Source of the DNA: Octopus vulgaris
Lineage: Eukaryota
DNA: 64,000 nt
NCBI GenBank assembly: GCA_951406725.2
Contig: OX597818.1
Location: 53,692,001 to 53,756,000, forward strand
Reading direction: 5' to 3'
The translations under genes were made by a program, and so were the position numbers. A model generated the notes under the pieces. The model was not told where the DNA came from. It worked only from the letters and a program-made list of their open reading frames with translations, and made no database searches. The number at the start of each line of letters is the position of its first letter. The stretch's first letter is position 1. Of this stretch, positions 1 through 13,610 are shown in pieces.

Positions 1-3
1 TAT

Positions 4-48
<45 letters not shown>

Positions 49-115
49 CACTACAACTACTATTAATAATAATACTACTAATAATAATACTACTACTATT
101 ATTATTATTATTATA
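1..115. repeat. Trinucleotide microsatellite (TAC)n/(TAA)n/(ATT)n
   Basis: Directly visible tandem triplets. Confidence 0.95.
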
Positions 116-289
116 AGTATTTTTTTTCAATTACAGTTCATACAATCCTATTTAATTTTACAGATATCCAATTAATTGTTTAGCATATTTTTCTTTATAA
201 CATTTATCACTTATGTTAAATTAACTTTTAGTTTACATTTCTAATTAACCCTATACTCTAGATTTATTTAATATTAATTATTATGCAAC

Positions 290-720
290 TATTTATACCT
301 ATTATAAATATGTTTAGCTTGATGAGCACAACTCATTATTCTTTCACGCCTATGGTTAATTGATTTATGTTTTGATGTGATAATCTGGTAGATTTCTTCA
401 ACATCTAAGTCACATCTTTTATTCCCCCTATTGGAAGGTTTTGCCAGGCTAATTATTTCCCAGGTTACTGTACAGTCCTTATTTTTATCTTTAATAGACC
501 TAATTAGTTTACTTTGAAACGTGCTGTTTTTCTTATTTCTGTCTTTGTGTTTTCGTGATTAGCTGTCCTTATTTTTAAATCATTTTCTCTAGCTACTATA
601 TAATAATATACCTGCCCTTCTGATGTAACCTTAAATCTATATATAGTTTGTTCAATTTTGCATTTAGAATTGAGCGGACATCGCCTTTACTTGGTGCAGT
701 CATACATTTTATTTCTACGA
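290..720 (-). mobile_element. Penelope-like element relic, GIY-YIG endonuclease region (frameshifted, stops)
   Basis: Hand translation across one frameshift gives DCTK*RRCPLNSKCKIEQTIYRFKV..YYYIVARENDLKIRTANH / NSTFQSKLIRSIKDKN..VTWEIISLAKP..KRCDL..EE..INHRRERIMSCAH. This matches the PLE pattern CxC..CPL.G.C...IY..YIG.T...K.R..NH...W.I....C.LC..E..LN.R.E....C.H. Confidence 0.75.
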
Positions 721-866
721 ACACTTTCTATATATTTCCTTGCTAACCTATTATCAATATCGTTGTGTTTATAGCTTATGTTTTCCCAATTATCTTCAGT
801 TTGATTTTTAGGATTTAGAGTATCTTTCGCTAATTTATGGTTATTAATGTTTTCATACGGAACAGC

Positions 867-908
<42 letters not shown>

Positions 909-911
<3 letters not shown>

Positions 912-1086
912 TCCGCCTTAACGAAGGCAGAGGTATTGTTTTCAGTCAGGTTTGTTTGTTTGACCGTGGACAAGATATCTCAAGAACCGCTGGATGGATT
1001 TGGAAGAAACTTTCAGAGATTTCGGAATTTAAGAAAAGAGAAAACCAAAAGGTCTCATGCTATTCATTTAAAAATTCCATAGTCGA

Positions 1087-1128
<42 letters not shown>

Positions 1129-1497
1129 GATTATTATTATTATTACTTCTGCCTTTGAAACTATTTTGAATGGGGAATTTGTTAACTTTGGCTTGTATTA
1201 GATAACATTAAACTATTTATTACTGTTACTAAATTTTCTACACCCACCTTCACATTTCATGACAGCCATTAGGATCGATCAGGTACCAGACAAGTGTTCT
1301 GGATGATTTTTCCGGGTTTTTTTTACTGTTTTTTTTTTACTTAATTTTTGAGAGCAGTCGGGTTCATTTTTAGTATTCTCGATCACGAAAGCAGTCGAGT
1401 TTATTTCAGATATTCTTATTTTAAAAATTATCTCTGGCTAATCGGTTGAGAGGACGTTCGTGTAGCCTTGGCGGAGATTTGCGCTCTCAGAGTGCTA
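909..1497 (+). mobile_element. Non-autonomous Helentron-associated (HINE/DINE-1-like) element, interrupted at about 1021-1265
   Basis: 5' palindrome cctccgcctt-aacg-aaggcagagg, (gttt)n, subterminal inverted repeat ccttggcggag and 3' stem-loop gcgctctcagagtgc. Homologous to 35113-35480. Confidence 0.6.
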
Positions 1498-1846
1498 CTT
1501 TTATTTCTATATTTTAAATTAGTATTTGGTCTGTGGTAGGGTTTATATTTACCTATTTTGAAAACTAGGTTAATATCAAAGAAGTCGGAGTTTTGTCCTT
1601 TTTCAATTGTAATAGATAGCTTATATCCTTAAAGAATTTTAAAAATTTATTCTTATATACGTCCATTTGTATTTTAAATGCAATTTCGATTCTACATGCA
1701 AATTTAAACAAATTATATAATGATGTAAGGTTATATCAGAAGGGCAGATGTATTATTATATAGGAGCTATATATATATATATATATATACATATATACAT
1801 ATACATATATACATATATATACATATATACATATACATATATATAC

Positions 1847-1900
<54 letters not shown>

Positions 1901-2039
1901 GTTTCCTCGGCGTTTTGCCTAGCAACACAATTGAAACTGTTTTCCAAGATCTACCATGTAAAAAATCGAATTCATTTACGAGCTCAAAATAAATTTACCT
2001 GATTTTCTTCCATATTATATACGTTCATACAGCTACATG

Positions 2040-2964
2040 CGTAGCAGTATATGTAAGAAATTCGCTTTGGAGTTCAGTCCCACTATGGAGCACGTGGTTT
2101 CTAATATAGACTCCGGCCGACCAATGCGGAAACTGTATGGAAGCCCGTCGTATATATATACGGGTGTAATTGTTGATGACGATCTCAGTTGGAGTGCACA
2201 CATCAACAAAAAGGTCGATATAGCTCGTAGGATGAGTTCCTGGATCTTAAGAACTTTCCGGTCCAGAGAACAAGGTGTCATCATACCACTTTTCTCCTCC
2301 TTTGTACGGCCACACCTTGAATACTGCTGCCCACTGTGGTCTCCCTATACAAGACAAAACATCTCCAGAATTGAGTCACCCCAGAGGGCTCTCACTAAAC
2401 AAATTGAAGGCATGGCTGCTCTCGATTATTGGGATCGCCTTAAAGCCTTGAAACTTTACTCCCTCCAGCGTCGCCGTGAGCGGTACATCATTTGTACGAT
2501 GTGGAAAATATACCGCCAACTTTGCCCAAACAACCTAAACATTAGCTTCAAGGTTCATCCAAGACTTGGACCACGGGCTATACGTCCCCTGTCCAATTCA
2601 AGATCACAACATACATGTACACTGCAACATAATTTCTTTTCCTCAACAGGCCCTGCCCTATTTAACATTGTCCCGAGGGAGATCAAAGAGGAAAAGGATC
2701 CTATCAACTTTAAACAGAGTCTGGATAGATTCCTTCAAAGAATACCAGATAAGCCACCCATAATTGGATACAACTCACCCAACAAGAACTCACTACTTGA
2801 ACAAAACTGGATACAACTCACCCAACAAGAACTCACTACTTGAACAAAACTTGACTTAAACAAAACTTGACTTAAACAGGATTCGAATAATCCTATCAGG
2901 TGGTGCTATTAAGTTAGACATGGCCTGGACCAATCTTTGGTCGAAACATATCTAAGTTTATCTA

Positions 2965-3015
<51 letters not shown>

Positions 3016-3290
3016 GTATGTATGTACGTATGTATGTATGTATGTATGTATGTATGTATGTATGTATGTATGTATGTATGTATGTATGTATATATTTATG
3101 TATGTTTGTCTTTGTGTTCATATTTGTCCTTCAACACCCACATGGGTGTTCGTTATGTACGTCACCGTAACTTAGAGGTTCGGTAAGAGATACCGACAGA
3201 ATAAATACTAAACTTGAAATATGTACTGGCACGAATGTGTTCAACTACAACTTTAGTATTGGTGCCACAGCATAGCCACAATCCTTGGTC
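2040..3290 (+). mobile_element. Old SINE-B copy split by a LINE insertion (5' half 2040-2160, 3' half about 2971-3290)
   Basis: gttcagtcccact..ggccgaccaa..ggaaactg..gaagcccgtcgtatata upstream and cgtcaccgtaacttagaggttcgg..accgacagaataa..ggtgccacagcatagcc downstream match the two halves of intact SINE-B copies. Confidence 0.7.
2161..2970 (+). mobile_element. 5'-truncated CR1/L2-group LINE: RT C-terminal region (stop at 2843), 3' UTR and (tctaagttta)2 tail
   Basis: GVIVDDDLSW..H, LFSSFVRPHLEYCCPLWSPY, YWDRLKALKLYSLQRRRER, LFN.VP..FK..LD.FL..IPD.P are typical CR1-group C-terminal motifs. The frame is still open. Confidence 0.9.
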
Positions 3291-3479
3291 TGTGTAAGGA
3301 TATATTTGAATGCATTCCTAGATAAACATGTACTTAGTTTTAGAAGCTCCGGGGAAGCTGTAAGGTAATGGCAGAACACATAGCACTGAGTGCATTGCAT
3401 CTTACTGCAGAAACATCTGCAAGCTAAAGGCGTTGATTACGTAACCCCTACTCCTTTGTGATTTATTTACTCTCATATC

Positions 3480-4115
<636 letters not shown>

Positions 4116-4484
4116 TGCATTTATATATGTAAGTGTGTACATGTATACAATGAATGTATTTGTATTCTTGCATGTAAATATATTTGAGACAAACAATGTC
4201 TAAATGTCTGTTGGGATTTAATTTATCTTCAGCAGAAATGGCAACCAGTGGGCGTTTTTAATTGTAGAAATGCTTGTGTCAACATTTGAGTGTATGAATA
4301 TATGTATATGCTTTCTTTTCTGGTGGTGATGTGTGTGTGAGTGTGAGTGTGTGTGAGTGTGTGAGTGTGTGTGTGTGTGTTAGTTTATGCTTACGTGTTT
4401 CAATGCAGTTTGATACAATTCATATCAGTAATGTATACTTGGAGCAAAGCAATGCGCAACGAGAAGTGTGTATGTGTGCATAGA

Positions 4485-4555
<71 letters not shown>

Positions 4556-4649
4556 AAAGAGGGTGAGAGTCAGAGAGAGAGTGACATACATATTCACGTA
4601 CACGTATATATATATATATATATATATATGCATGTATGCATTATATGTA

Positions 4650-4701
<52 letters not shown>

Positions 4702-4935
4702 TCTATATGCACTACTATATTTATATATGTACAGAATTTTGTTCGATTTATAATATTTAGTAACTCTTTTATCCGGTTGCCAATTTGAAACCTAAGGAAA
4801 AAATGTTATCAATGCGAGTATGTGCCTATGTTTTCATATATATATATATATATATATATGTATGTTTTTATGTATTTATGTATGTATGTATGTAAGTATA
4901 TGTATATATGGAACACGTTTTACTTTTCTACCTTC

Positions 4936-5018
<83 letters not shown>

Positions 5019-5041
5019 ATATATATATATATACATATATA

Positions 5042-5254
5042 CGTAAGGATACCGAATAGTTCCTGGCTTTAAGGTGTCGAAAAAGGCCTGGTTGGCGGCT
5101 CAAAACAAGTTCTTTTACAGGGCTTAGAATAATTGAAGGACCTCTGCAATAAGTGCGTGAATCTGAGAGGGGAATATCTTGAATAAAATTATAATTAACT
5201 GATCCTCTTGTATTTTCATTCACCCAAAGCCAGAAACATTTCAGCAGCCCCTCG
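5042..5254 (+). mobile_element. Mariner-derived MITE (internal deletion derivative), TA-flanked
   Basis: Imperfect TIRs (cgtaaggataccgaatagttcctggcttt / aaagccagaaacatttcagcagcccctcg). Internal LQGLE*LKDLCNKCVNLRGEYLE* is a mariner transposase C-terminus. Homologous to 38437-39280. Confidence 0.8.
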
Positions 5255-5312
5255 TATATATCATACATTGATATATATTCTGTATAGATGCACCATACAT
5301 ATATACATATAT

Positions 5313-5405
<93 letters not shown>

Positions 5406-5799
5406 CTTATGTGTGTGTGGAGAGAGAGAAGGGGAGAGAGAAAGGGAGAAAGAAAGAAAGTGGGTATTTGATATGTAAGATAAAGAATTCTATATTTTCC
5501 CAATGTTTACTTTACGACAGTTTATTTATATTTGATCGTTAAAAATCTTGAAATATATATGTGTGTGTGTGTGTTCATACATACATACATGCATACATAC
5601 ATACATACATACATACATACATACATACATACATACATACATACATGCATGCATGCATACATACATACTTACATACATACATACATATATATGTATATAT
5701 TTATGTATGTGTGTATGTGTATGTATATATACATATATATACCATTAGTAGCGAACAAGAGCGACTAACAGCACTCGAGAGCGACCTGACTTATTTTAT

Positions 5800-6135
5800 T
5801 TTAGGGTGCCTAAGGAGACAGAGATGAAGATAGCTCACAACTCTTTTGAGCGAACAGGTTTAGTACGAACAAAATGGAGATCGTTGTGTCAAAATGATAT
5901 TAGAAACTTTGTTACAACTAGTATTAACAGTCTTCGGGGTGCAAGGCAAAGGAGAAAAGCAATTGCAAATATACCACTTACACTGACCTGTAACCCTCAA
6001 ACTTGCAACATCTGTGGCTTTCTTTGCCAATCGTTAGCGGGACTTAAATGCCGCATTCGAGATAAGTATTATGGGTGACAAAGAAAGAGTACGTCGTCAG
6101 AGCCTCATGCGTTGAAACCGACGGGAGAGTCCATC
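5800..6135 (+). mobile_element. RTE-clade LINE 3' end relic (C-terminal zinc finger)
   Basis: ..R.KWRSLC..RQRRK..CNICGFLCQSLAGLK.R.R, followed by 3' end cgttgaaaccgacgggagagtccatc. Confidence 0.65.
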
Positions 6136-6429
6136 ATATATATATATATATATATAAGCAAAAAAATGGGAAAATGCATGTATGAATAATTTATTTGTAT
6201 GATAAAAATATGAAGAAATTTTTGGAAATTTGTAAAGTTTTTAATAAAAGTTGTAACAAAAATTGTAAAGTTCAAAAAATGTTAAAATAACCTACGGCTA
6301 GTTCTGAAACATATATGTCAGTTTTGATTTATACACACACATATATATAGAGAGAGATATAAAGAGAGAGAGCGAGAGAGAGATACACATACATACATGC
6401 ATAGAAACATACATTCACATATATATATA

Positions 6430-6498
<69 letters not shown>

Positions 6499-6511
6499 AT
6501 ATATATATGTA

Positions 6512-6551
<40 letters not shown>

Positions 6552-6774
6552 TGTATATATTTACACCTGTACACATATATATGCACATACATATATGTGC
6601 GTGTGTGTACGTCTGTGTGTTTGTGTGTACATCTATACATGGTGATTGAAAAGTAACTCTGTATTTTAAAATACTTATAGATTATTTGTTGATTGTAATC
6701 TTTACAAAAAACATGGATATGAGAGGAAAGCATTTAGTACGAGTTCTTTAATTAAAATTCGATAAGGGCTCTAG

Positions 6775-7037
6775 ATGTCACTCCCGGATTTCTTCAAGCG
6801 ATCTCACCAGGAAGTCTTGTAGGATGGAAGGCATATAACTTGTCGTATTCGCACTTCAAATTCTTCCAAAGTTTTTGGTTTAGTACTGCAAGTTTGCTCC
6901 TTTAACAAACTCCAAAGAGAGAAATCAGAGGGTGTTAACTTGGGACTCTTGGCAAGTCAATCATGCGGATCCCGACGACCCATCCATCTCCCGTGGAAGT
7001 GGGTATTCAACCATTCACGAACGAGAAGAGCAACACG
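6775..7037 (-). mobile_element. Tc1/mariner-superfamily transposase relic (DD41D/rosa-like catalytic C-terminus)
   Basis: VREWLNTHFHGRWMGRRDPHD*LAKSPKLTPSDFSLWSLLKEQTCSTKPKTLEEFEVRIRQV resembles V..WL...FPGRWIGR.GP..WPARSPDLTP.DFFLWG..K..VY..KP.TL.EL..RI. Confidence 0.8.
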
Positions 7038-7144
7038 ATTACAGATTAAATTCTCATACTTCAAATAATAAACACTAAAAATTTGAGAAAAAATTTCAAT
7101 TAATAAATAAGTATTTTAAAATATGGTTTTACTTTCCAATCACC

Positions 7145-7222
<78 letters not shown>

Positions 7223-7249
7223 CATATATGTATATTACGTATATTCATT

Positions 7250-7490
7250 CATTCATTTACTTGTTTCAGTCATTTGACTGTGGCCATGCTGGAGCACCAC
7301 CTTTAGTCGGGCAAATCGACCCCAGGACTTATTCTTTGTAAGCCTAGTACTTATTCTATCAGGCTCTTTTGCCGAACCGCTAAGTTATGGGGACGTAAAC
7401 ACACCAGCATCGGTTGTCAAGCGATGTTGGGGGAGGGGGGCAAACACAACACACAAACATACACACATATATATATACATATATATAGAT
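7250..7490 (-). mobile_element. SINE-B 3' half
   Basis: ttcagtcatttgactgtggccatgctggagcacc..gccgaaccgctaagtta..caagcgatgttgggg. Confidence 0.85.
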
Positions 7491-7621
7491 AGGTTTTAAA
7501 GACAGAACCACCTTCAAGCAACTCAAGCAACATAAATCGACGTTATCTATGATAGAGATATATAAGATTAAATTTTACCAAATTAATATCTACAATTACT
7601 GAGTCATATATTAAATTATAT

Positions 7622-7717
7622 AGACAACGCGCGTTTCATGACAATATATCTATCGGCATTGCTGAAATAGAAATTCAAAACCATATCAATCCGACTATAC
7701 TGCCAATCTTCAGGTCT
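7622..7717 (-). ncRNA. Hammerhead ribozyme-like motif (type I, Penelope-style palindromic stem III)
   Basis: Minus strand: agac-CUGAAGA-[u uggcaguaua..ucggauug..caaugccga..uauauuguca u]-GAAAC-gcgc-GUU-gucu. Stem I is 4 bp and stem II is extended with G-U pairs. Confidence 0.6.
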
Positions 7718-7912
7718 GGAATATATAAAACTAATTTACTATTTACATCCTATATAAGGACATGACAATCAAAATTATACAACTAGAAATCGTCGAAATA
7801 ATGAATAATTATTTTGTCGACGCTGAAAGAGTGAAAGTCAAATTGAGATTTGAGCTTGGAATTTAAAGAGCCGGAGTAACTGCCGCTCAACAGCTATCAA
7901 TTCTCCCGTTTG

Positions 7913-8176
<264 letters not shown>

Positions 8177-8439
8177 AAAAGAGTTTCTTTTTATACCTGT
8201 ATTTACGAGAAGGGCGCATTCATACAACAACAATGTATATATGGAGGTTAAAAAAACATGCGTATTAGACAAACATGATACACAAATAAGGTGAGGGGCG
8301 AAGTTGTTATGTAACTCAGAGGAAATGATGTGAAAATTTGTAGTAACAAAGTAAATACACAGAAATAAAAGATCACAGAAAAACACAAAATATCTAAAAT
8401 ACGATATGAGTTTTAATTTTAGTTCAACCAGACTGGAAC

Positions 8440-8730
8440 AGAGCGCCCCGCAGCCCTGGACTTTACACTCTTTCTTCCAGGTACTGAATAATATTGATTC
8501 CAGGCGAGCTTGTGTGCATTTCGGTTGTTGGGGCGTGCAAGAAAGGGGTTACGTCTTGGCTGCTGTTTGAGTACAGCTTATTGTAAAATTTATAGATTAC
8601 TCTCGCAACCGACTTGTTTCTGACGTGCTACGTATAGTGGGATCCAATCTGATCGTACATCTGCAGACTGACTTCTCATATTGTTCTTTGCACATTGTCT
8701 GCTTAGTCTCTTGGTCATTTGCTTTCCATC
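8440..8730 (-). mobile_element. Possible decayed LINE ORF2 fragment (region upstream of RT)
   Basis: VARVIYKFYNKLYSNSS...V*SPGLRG resembles the 'FY..LYS' and 'KSPG.DG' ORF2 motifs, but with many stops. Confidence 0.3.
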
Positions 8731-8763
8731 AAAACCCTATGAAAAAAATCATGTTGGTATCAT

Positions 8764-9360
8764 GAACAAGCCTCAAATTGTGTAGGTCTTTACCTCAATG
8801 AGGCCAAAACTGAATACATAAACAAGTGCCTGTCCAACAGTGATTGCATCATCCATACTCTCAATAATGCGCACTTAAATATGGTTTCTGATTACAAATA
8901 CCTTGGGTCATACATATCATCATCTGGAAAAGACTTTCTAACTAGAAAGGGTATGGCCTGGTCAGCCTGTAATGACATGCATAAGACCTGGTCATCAAAT
9001 CTAAGTAGAGACTTCAAACTTAAAATCTTCAAAGCCACAGTCGAACCAATTCTACTATATGGCTCAGAAACCTGGACGTTATCAAAGAAACTTGAGAGGC
9101 GGTTGGATGGGACCTACACTCGCCTCCTTATGAGAGCTCAAAATCTCTCGTGGAAGCGCCATCCAACCAAAATGCAAATATATGGGAAACTACCACCTGT
9201 GTCATCTCTTGTGAAAGGTAGGAGAGTCCAGTTTGCTGGACATTGTTGTAGAGTTGTAGAGCTGAAAAAGAAGTAATGCCATGATGGACCGTGAAGTCTG
9301 GCGTAGCATGGTAGATTCCATTGTCTCGACCACGGTCGAACAATGATGATGATGATCATG
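8764..9360 (+). mobile_element. RTE-clade LINE 3' fragment (RT C-terminus, internal deletion, (ATG)n tail)
   Basis: GLYLNEAKTEY..YKYLGSYI..IFKATVEPILLYGSETWTL..LDGTYTRLL..RRVQFAGHC, then NAMMDREVWRSMV..EQ* and a tgatgatgat tail. Confidence 0.9.
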
Positions 9361-11822
9361 ACCCCGCAGCGTGAAAATTTTGGTCGCTTTTCCGTTAAGT
9401 TCATTTTCCTTGTTGAGGAGTTTTTATCTTTGAAATTCTCTCCAGCAGTTTGTCCTTCTAGCTGATCATCCCCATCATCATGTAACAACAAGGGGGTATT
9501 TCTGATAGAAAAGCCTTGTCGTTTGCATCCTGAGCCCAGAGAAACAGGGGTTTTATGGTCACCCTAAGCAACATTCGGAGCCGTGACTAGTTATGCTAAT
9601 GAGACTGTTATGTCGCACGTTCGGATGACCTCTACTCAGCTCGACTCTACTCTACTCGCTACTCTGTTCTAGTCTACTACTCTTCTGACGTTTAGGCTTC
9701 TCCCTCTATATCTACGTATTGAGCTAGCCTACTTCATCGTCTGGGGGCATCCACACAAAAGAGAGGACAGATACCGAAACTGTGGCCGATAGGGTTCTGG
9801 AAACTCAAACCTATGGCTTTCCTCTGTCTTCCCTTCTCCTTCGCTACACCAGCTCTTCAGGAGAAAATCTCTCGAGTGGCTCTTACTCTCATGAAAACGA
9901 TACCTTTCGTCTCTGATCCCTCAACTGAGCACAACTTCGATATAACTCTGTAATTTTTCAGTGGTTGTAAGTCCATACTAACGGCCCCACGATCAACTGT
10001 CTTGTCTCGTTGCCTCTGCTCTGAACCCTCGCCCATAATGCGACATTACGATAAACCAATGGTCATTACCTTAGCCCCTGACCCTGACTGTCACCTTTGC
10101 AGTTTTTTTTTCGGGGGGGCCAAATATTGTGGAACAAATGTATGTCAGAGTGTATACCCCATGCTGTGGCTTCGGTTCTACGCTCAAGACAGAGTTCCGT
10201 AGTCCTTACTGCATCAAATAGCGAATACTTATCTTCTCATCGCGGATAGACTCTCTTCCAGTTGTTTTTTGTTTTTGCGGGGGGAGCAAATGAAAATTCC
10301 CACCATTTTCATGTGTGTGTGTGTGAGATAAGAAATTTTCCTGCTCCAGAGAGTATTCCCAGATTACTTTCTGTTGCTTGAATCCGATCATATCCAGGTT
10401 CTTTCTTGGTCTGCGAACACAGGTGAAAGTGCTCGAAAATAGTTTCTTACTTTCTGGTTTTGCGTGGTTTGTGTTTGTTCGTTTGTGTATAATGCTTTGT
10501 GATCGACGTTGTTTTCTTTGCCGAAAAAACTGCTAGCGTTGTTCATACTAGCAGCGTTTCCAATGAAAATATCATTAATTTTCTTGTTTTCTTTGATAAC
10601 GTATTTGTCTTTCAATACAATATCTTCTTGTTCATCTTTTGTTTGGTTTGCCAGTGGTAGTTTTGTTTTGAACTTTTCCTTTTAAAGAGTATTTGTATAC
10701 AAATGAAATTTTTTAAATATCTAATATTACATGCTTTTTGTACGTGGTAGAATGCAGTGTTTTTAAGATCGTCTTGCAAAACACGTCTAACTAGGTCAGT
10801 GGTGAACAATAATAATGATAACAGTGACGACAGCAACAACAACAACAACGATAATACTAGCAATCTTTTCTTTATTTACCCCTGTGGGCAATTACATTCA
10901 ATTTCCTTCAAACTTAAAATTACCTGAAACGTTATATATTAAAGGAGCGCTGGCTATGAAAACGTGTGAAAATGAACAAAAAATAAGGTATATTTTCAAA
11001 ACCGTGGAGTGGGTCAGGGACGTTATGCAAAGAAGACACTTCAAAATCTTTGTGTAAAAATAAGGACATATCATAAATAACATAAAAGAAAGTGTTTTAA
11101 AAGCACATACAGAAACATCAATGGTTACCCACCCACACACTTTCAAAACACTTTGGTGACATTTTCGTCAAATATCTATCATTTAAGTGTCTCCTATATT
11201 TTAGCCCTATTTATCCTTTTACTTACGATTATCCTACCCTCTCCTTTGTCCCTCAACCCGTTTGCTCCGTCTAGGAAGTTATTTGAATAGCTTGTCGTCA
11301 CCATTCTCTTTCTTGCATTTTACGTGTGTTTAGATCTGGCTCGCCCTTCCTTTTCTGTTGTACCTTTATCCTCCCTTTTTTCGGTTATTTTCCATTCATT
11401 TCCGGTTTCCATTATTTCATAAAGTCAGAAGAGAGAGTTGGGAAACTATTAATTGAGGGAAGAGACGGCTTTCAATCGTTAGCTTCTGAGACCGAGGACA
11501 AAACGGATTTTCTGTAAACCAGTTTGTCCTTGCTATTGGTACTACTGTTCATCACCCTACTTCTCCTTCTCCTTCTCTTTCTCCCTGTTACTGCTGTTCA
11601 TGGTCAGAAAAAGGGATCATTCAGGCTCCTGTTAGAATCTGCTAGAAAGGGAGCAGGATAATATCTGCTAGTTACAGACCTTTGAGCGATCGTGCTTTCA
11701 GAACAGCAGTATCTTCTGGGAACTGTTACCCCTCTTTCTACTTTTCTCTTTCTATTTTAACTGTTCCCGCAACCAAAAAAATATCCTGGGGTTTTTGCTA
11801 CAATAGGTAGGGCAACACGGGC

Positions 11823-12227
11823 AAGGCGGCGAGCTGGCAGAAGAGTTAGCACGCCGGGCGAAATGCTTAGCCGTATTTCGTCTGTCGTTACGTTCTGAGT
11901 TCAAATTCCGCCGAGGTCGACTTTGCCTTTCATCCTTTCGGGGTCGATAAATTAAGGACCAGTTACGCACTGGGGGTCGATGTAAAATACTTGATCCGTT
12001 TGTCTGTCCTTGTTTGTCCCCTCTGTGTTTAGCCCCTTGTGGGTAATAAAGAAATAGGTATTTCGTCTGCCTTTACGTTCTGAGTTCAAATTCCGCCGAG
12101 GTCAACTTTGCCTTTCATCCATTCAGTGTCGATAAGATTAAGTACCAGTTGCGCACTGGAGTCGATGTAATCGACTTAATCCCTTTGTCTGTCCTTGTTT
12201 GTCCCTTCTATGTGGGCAATAAAGAAA
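11823..12227 (+). mobile_element. SINE-A dimer (head + 2 bodies)
   Basis: tRNA-like head (tggcagaa..gttag; B box gagttcaaattcc), central gtcgactttgcctttcatcctttcggggtcgataaa, junction aagaaata|ggtatttcgtctg. Confidence 0.9.
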
Positions 12228-12254
12228 ACTAATATTAACATGCCGAGCTTATCA

Positions 12255-12555
12255 AGAAAGAAAAAATATAGCAGACGTTTGTTAAACTCAGAAGACACTA
12301 TCAGTAGTACGTTATTTGATTTGAAAACAAATGCTGTACTTAGTGAGGAGTGAATATAGTCTGCAGTCATAAATATCCAAAAGATCACTGAAATTCACAG
12401 AAATAGTAACGAAATTCAAGAATAGATAGAAGGATAACAGGACAGATAGTTGGAAAAAGAAGGAATTACATGGACAATTCATGCATTCATGCAACATACC
12501 GAGGATGCTGGAAGTCATAAATGCTGGTTGTGACTGACAGATGGAGGCCTGATTT
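12255..12555 (+). mobile_element. R4/Dong-like LINE relic
   Basis: RTDSWKKKELHGQF..HKCWL*LTDGGL resembles W..K.LHGQF...SW.WL..G.L of R4-clade ORFs. Confidence 0.55.
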
Positions 12556-12587
12556 TAGTTGGATTCAACCAAGCGGTTGGAGTTTCT

Positions 12588-13004
12588 TATGTCTTTATTG
12601 CCCACAAGGGGCTAAACATAGAGGGGATAAATAAGGACAGACAAACGGATTAAGTCGATTACATCGACTCCAGTGCGCAACTGGTACTTTATTTATCGAT
12701 CCCGAAAGGATGAAAGGCAAAAAAGACCTCAGCGGTATTTGAACTCAGAACGTAACGGCAGACGAAATACCTATTTCTTTACTACCCACAAGGAGCTAAA
12801 CACAGAGGGGACGAACAAGGGCAGATAAACGGATCAAGTCGATTACATCGACCCCAGTGCGTAACTAGTACTTAATTTATCGACCCCGAAAGGATGAAAG
12901 GCAAAGTCGACCTCGGCGGAATTTGAATCCAGAACGTAACGACAGACGAAATACGGCTAAGCATTTCGCCCGGCGTGCTAACGATTCTGCCAGCTCGCCG
13001 CCTT
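12588..13004 (-). mobile_element. SINE-A dimer with about 15-bp TSD
   Basis: Reverse-complement match to SINE-A; flanking gcggttggag(t/a)ttct at 12573 and 13005. Confidence 0.9.
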
Positions 13005-13483
13005 GCGGTTGGAGATTCTGATTCCTGAGATGGAAAGAAAATTGGAAGGCGGGAGCACTCGATTAAACTAAGCCAATGTTTAGCTCATACTTTATGTTAT
13101 CGATCCCAAAATTATACAAAACATTGTCGGCCCAAAACAGATTCGAGCTTAGAACATAAAGAACTCTAAGTAAAAACTGCAATGCATTCAATCCGGCACG
13201 CTTTTCAAATTCCTCTGCACGTGATTTAAAAATAATATTAATATATCCTTTACTGTTTGTCTATCGCTAACTATATTATTAGGTTAGCAAAGACTATTTT
13301 GTTAACCTACTCTTGTTTGAATGAACCGGGTGATTCTGTAGCATAACTGAGCTCAGTTCCAAATGACTTGGGTATAAGCAATGTTTTTATTGTCCTGATT
13401 GTGTTCGGTATAAACTATATGTAGGGTGGAACAGTGCTTGTTTTGCTCATTGTGTTTATATATAAAAGTCCTTGAATTATACA

Positions 13484-13516
<33 letters not shown>

Positions 13517-13541
13517 ACACAAATGAATATGCATGTAATAT

Positions 13542-13610
<69 letters not shown>

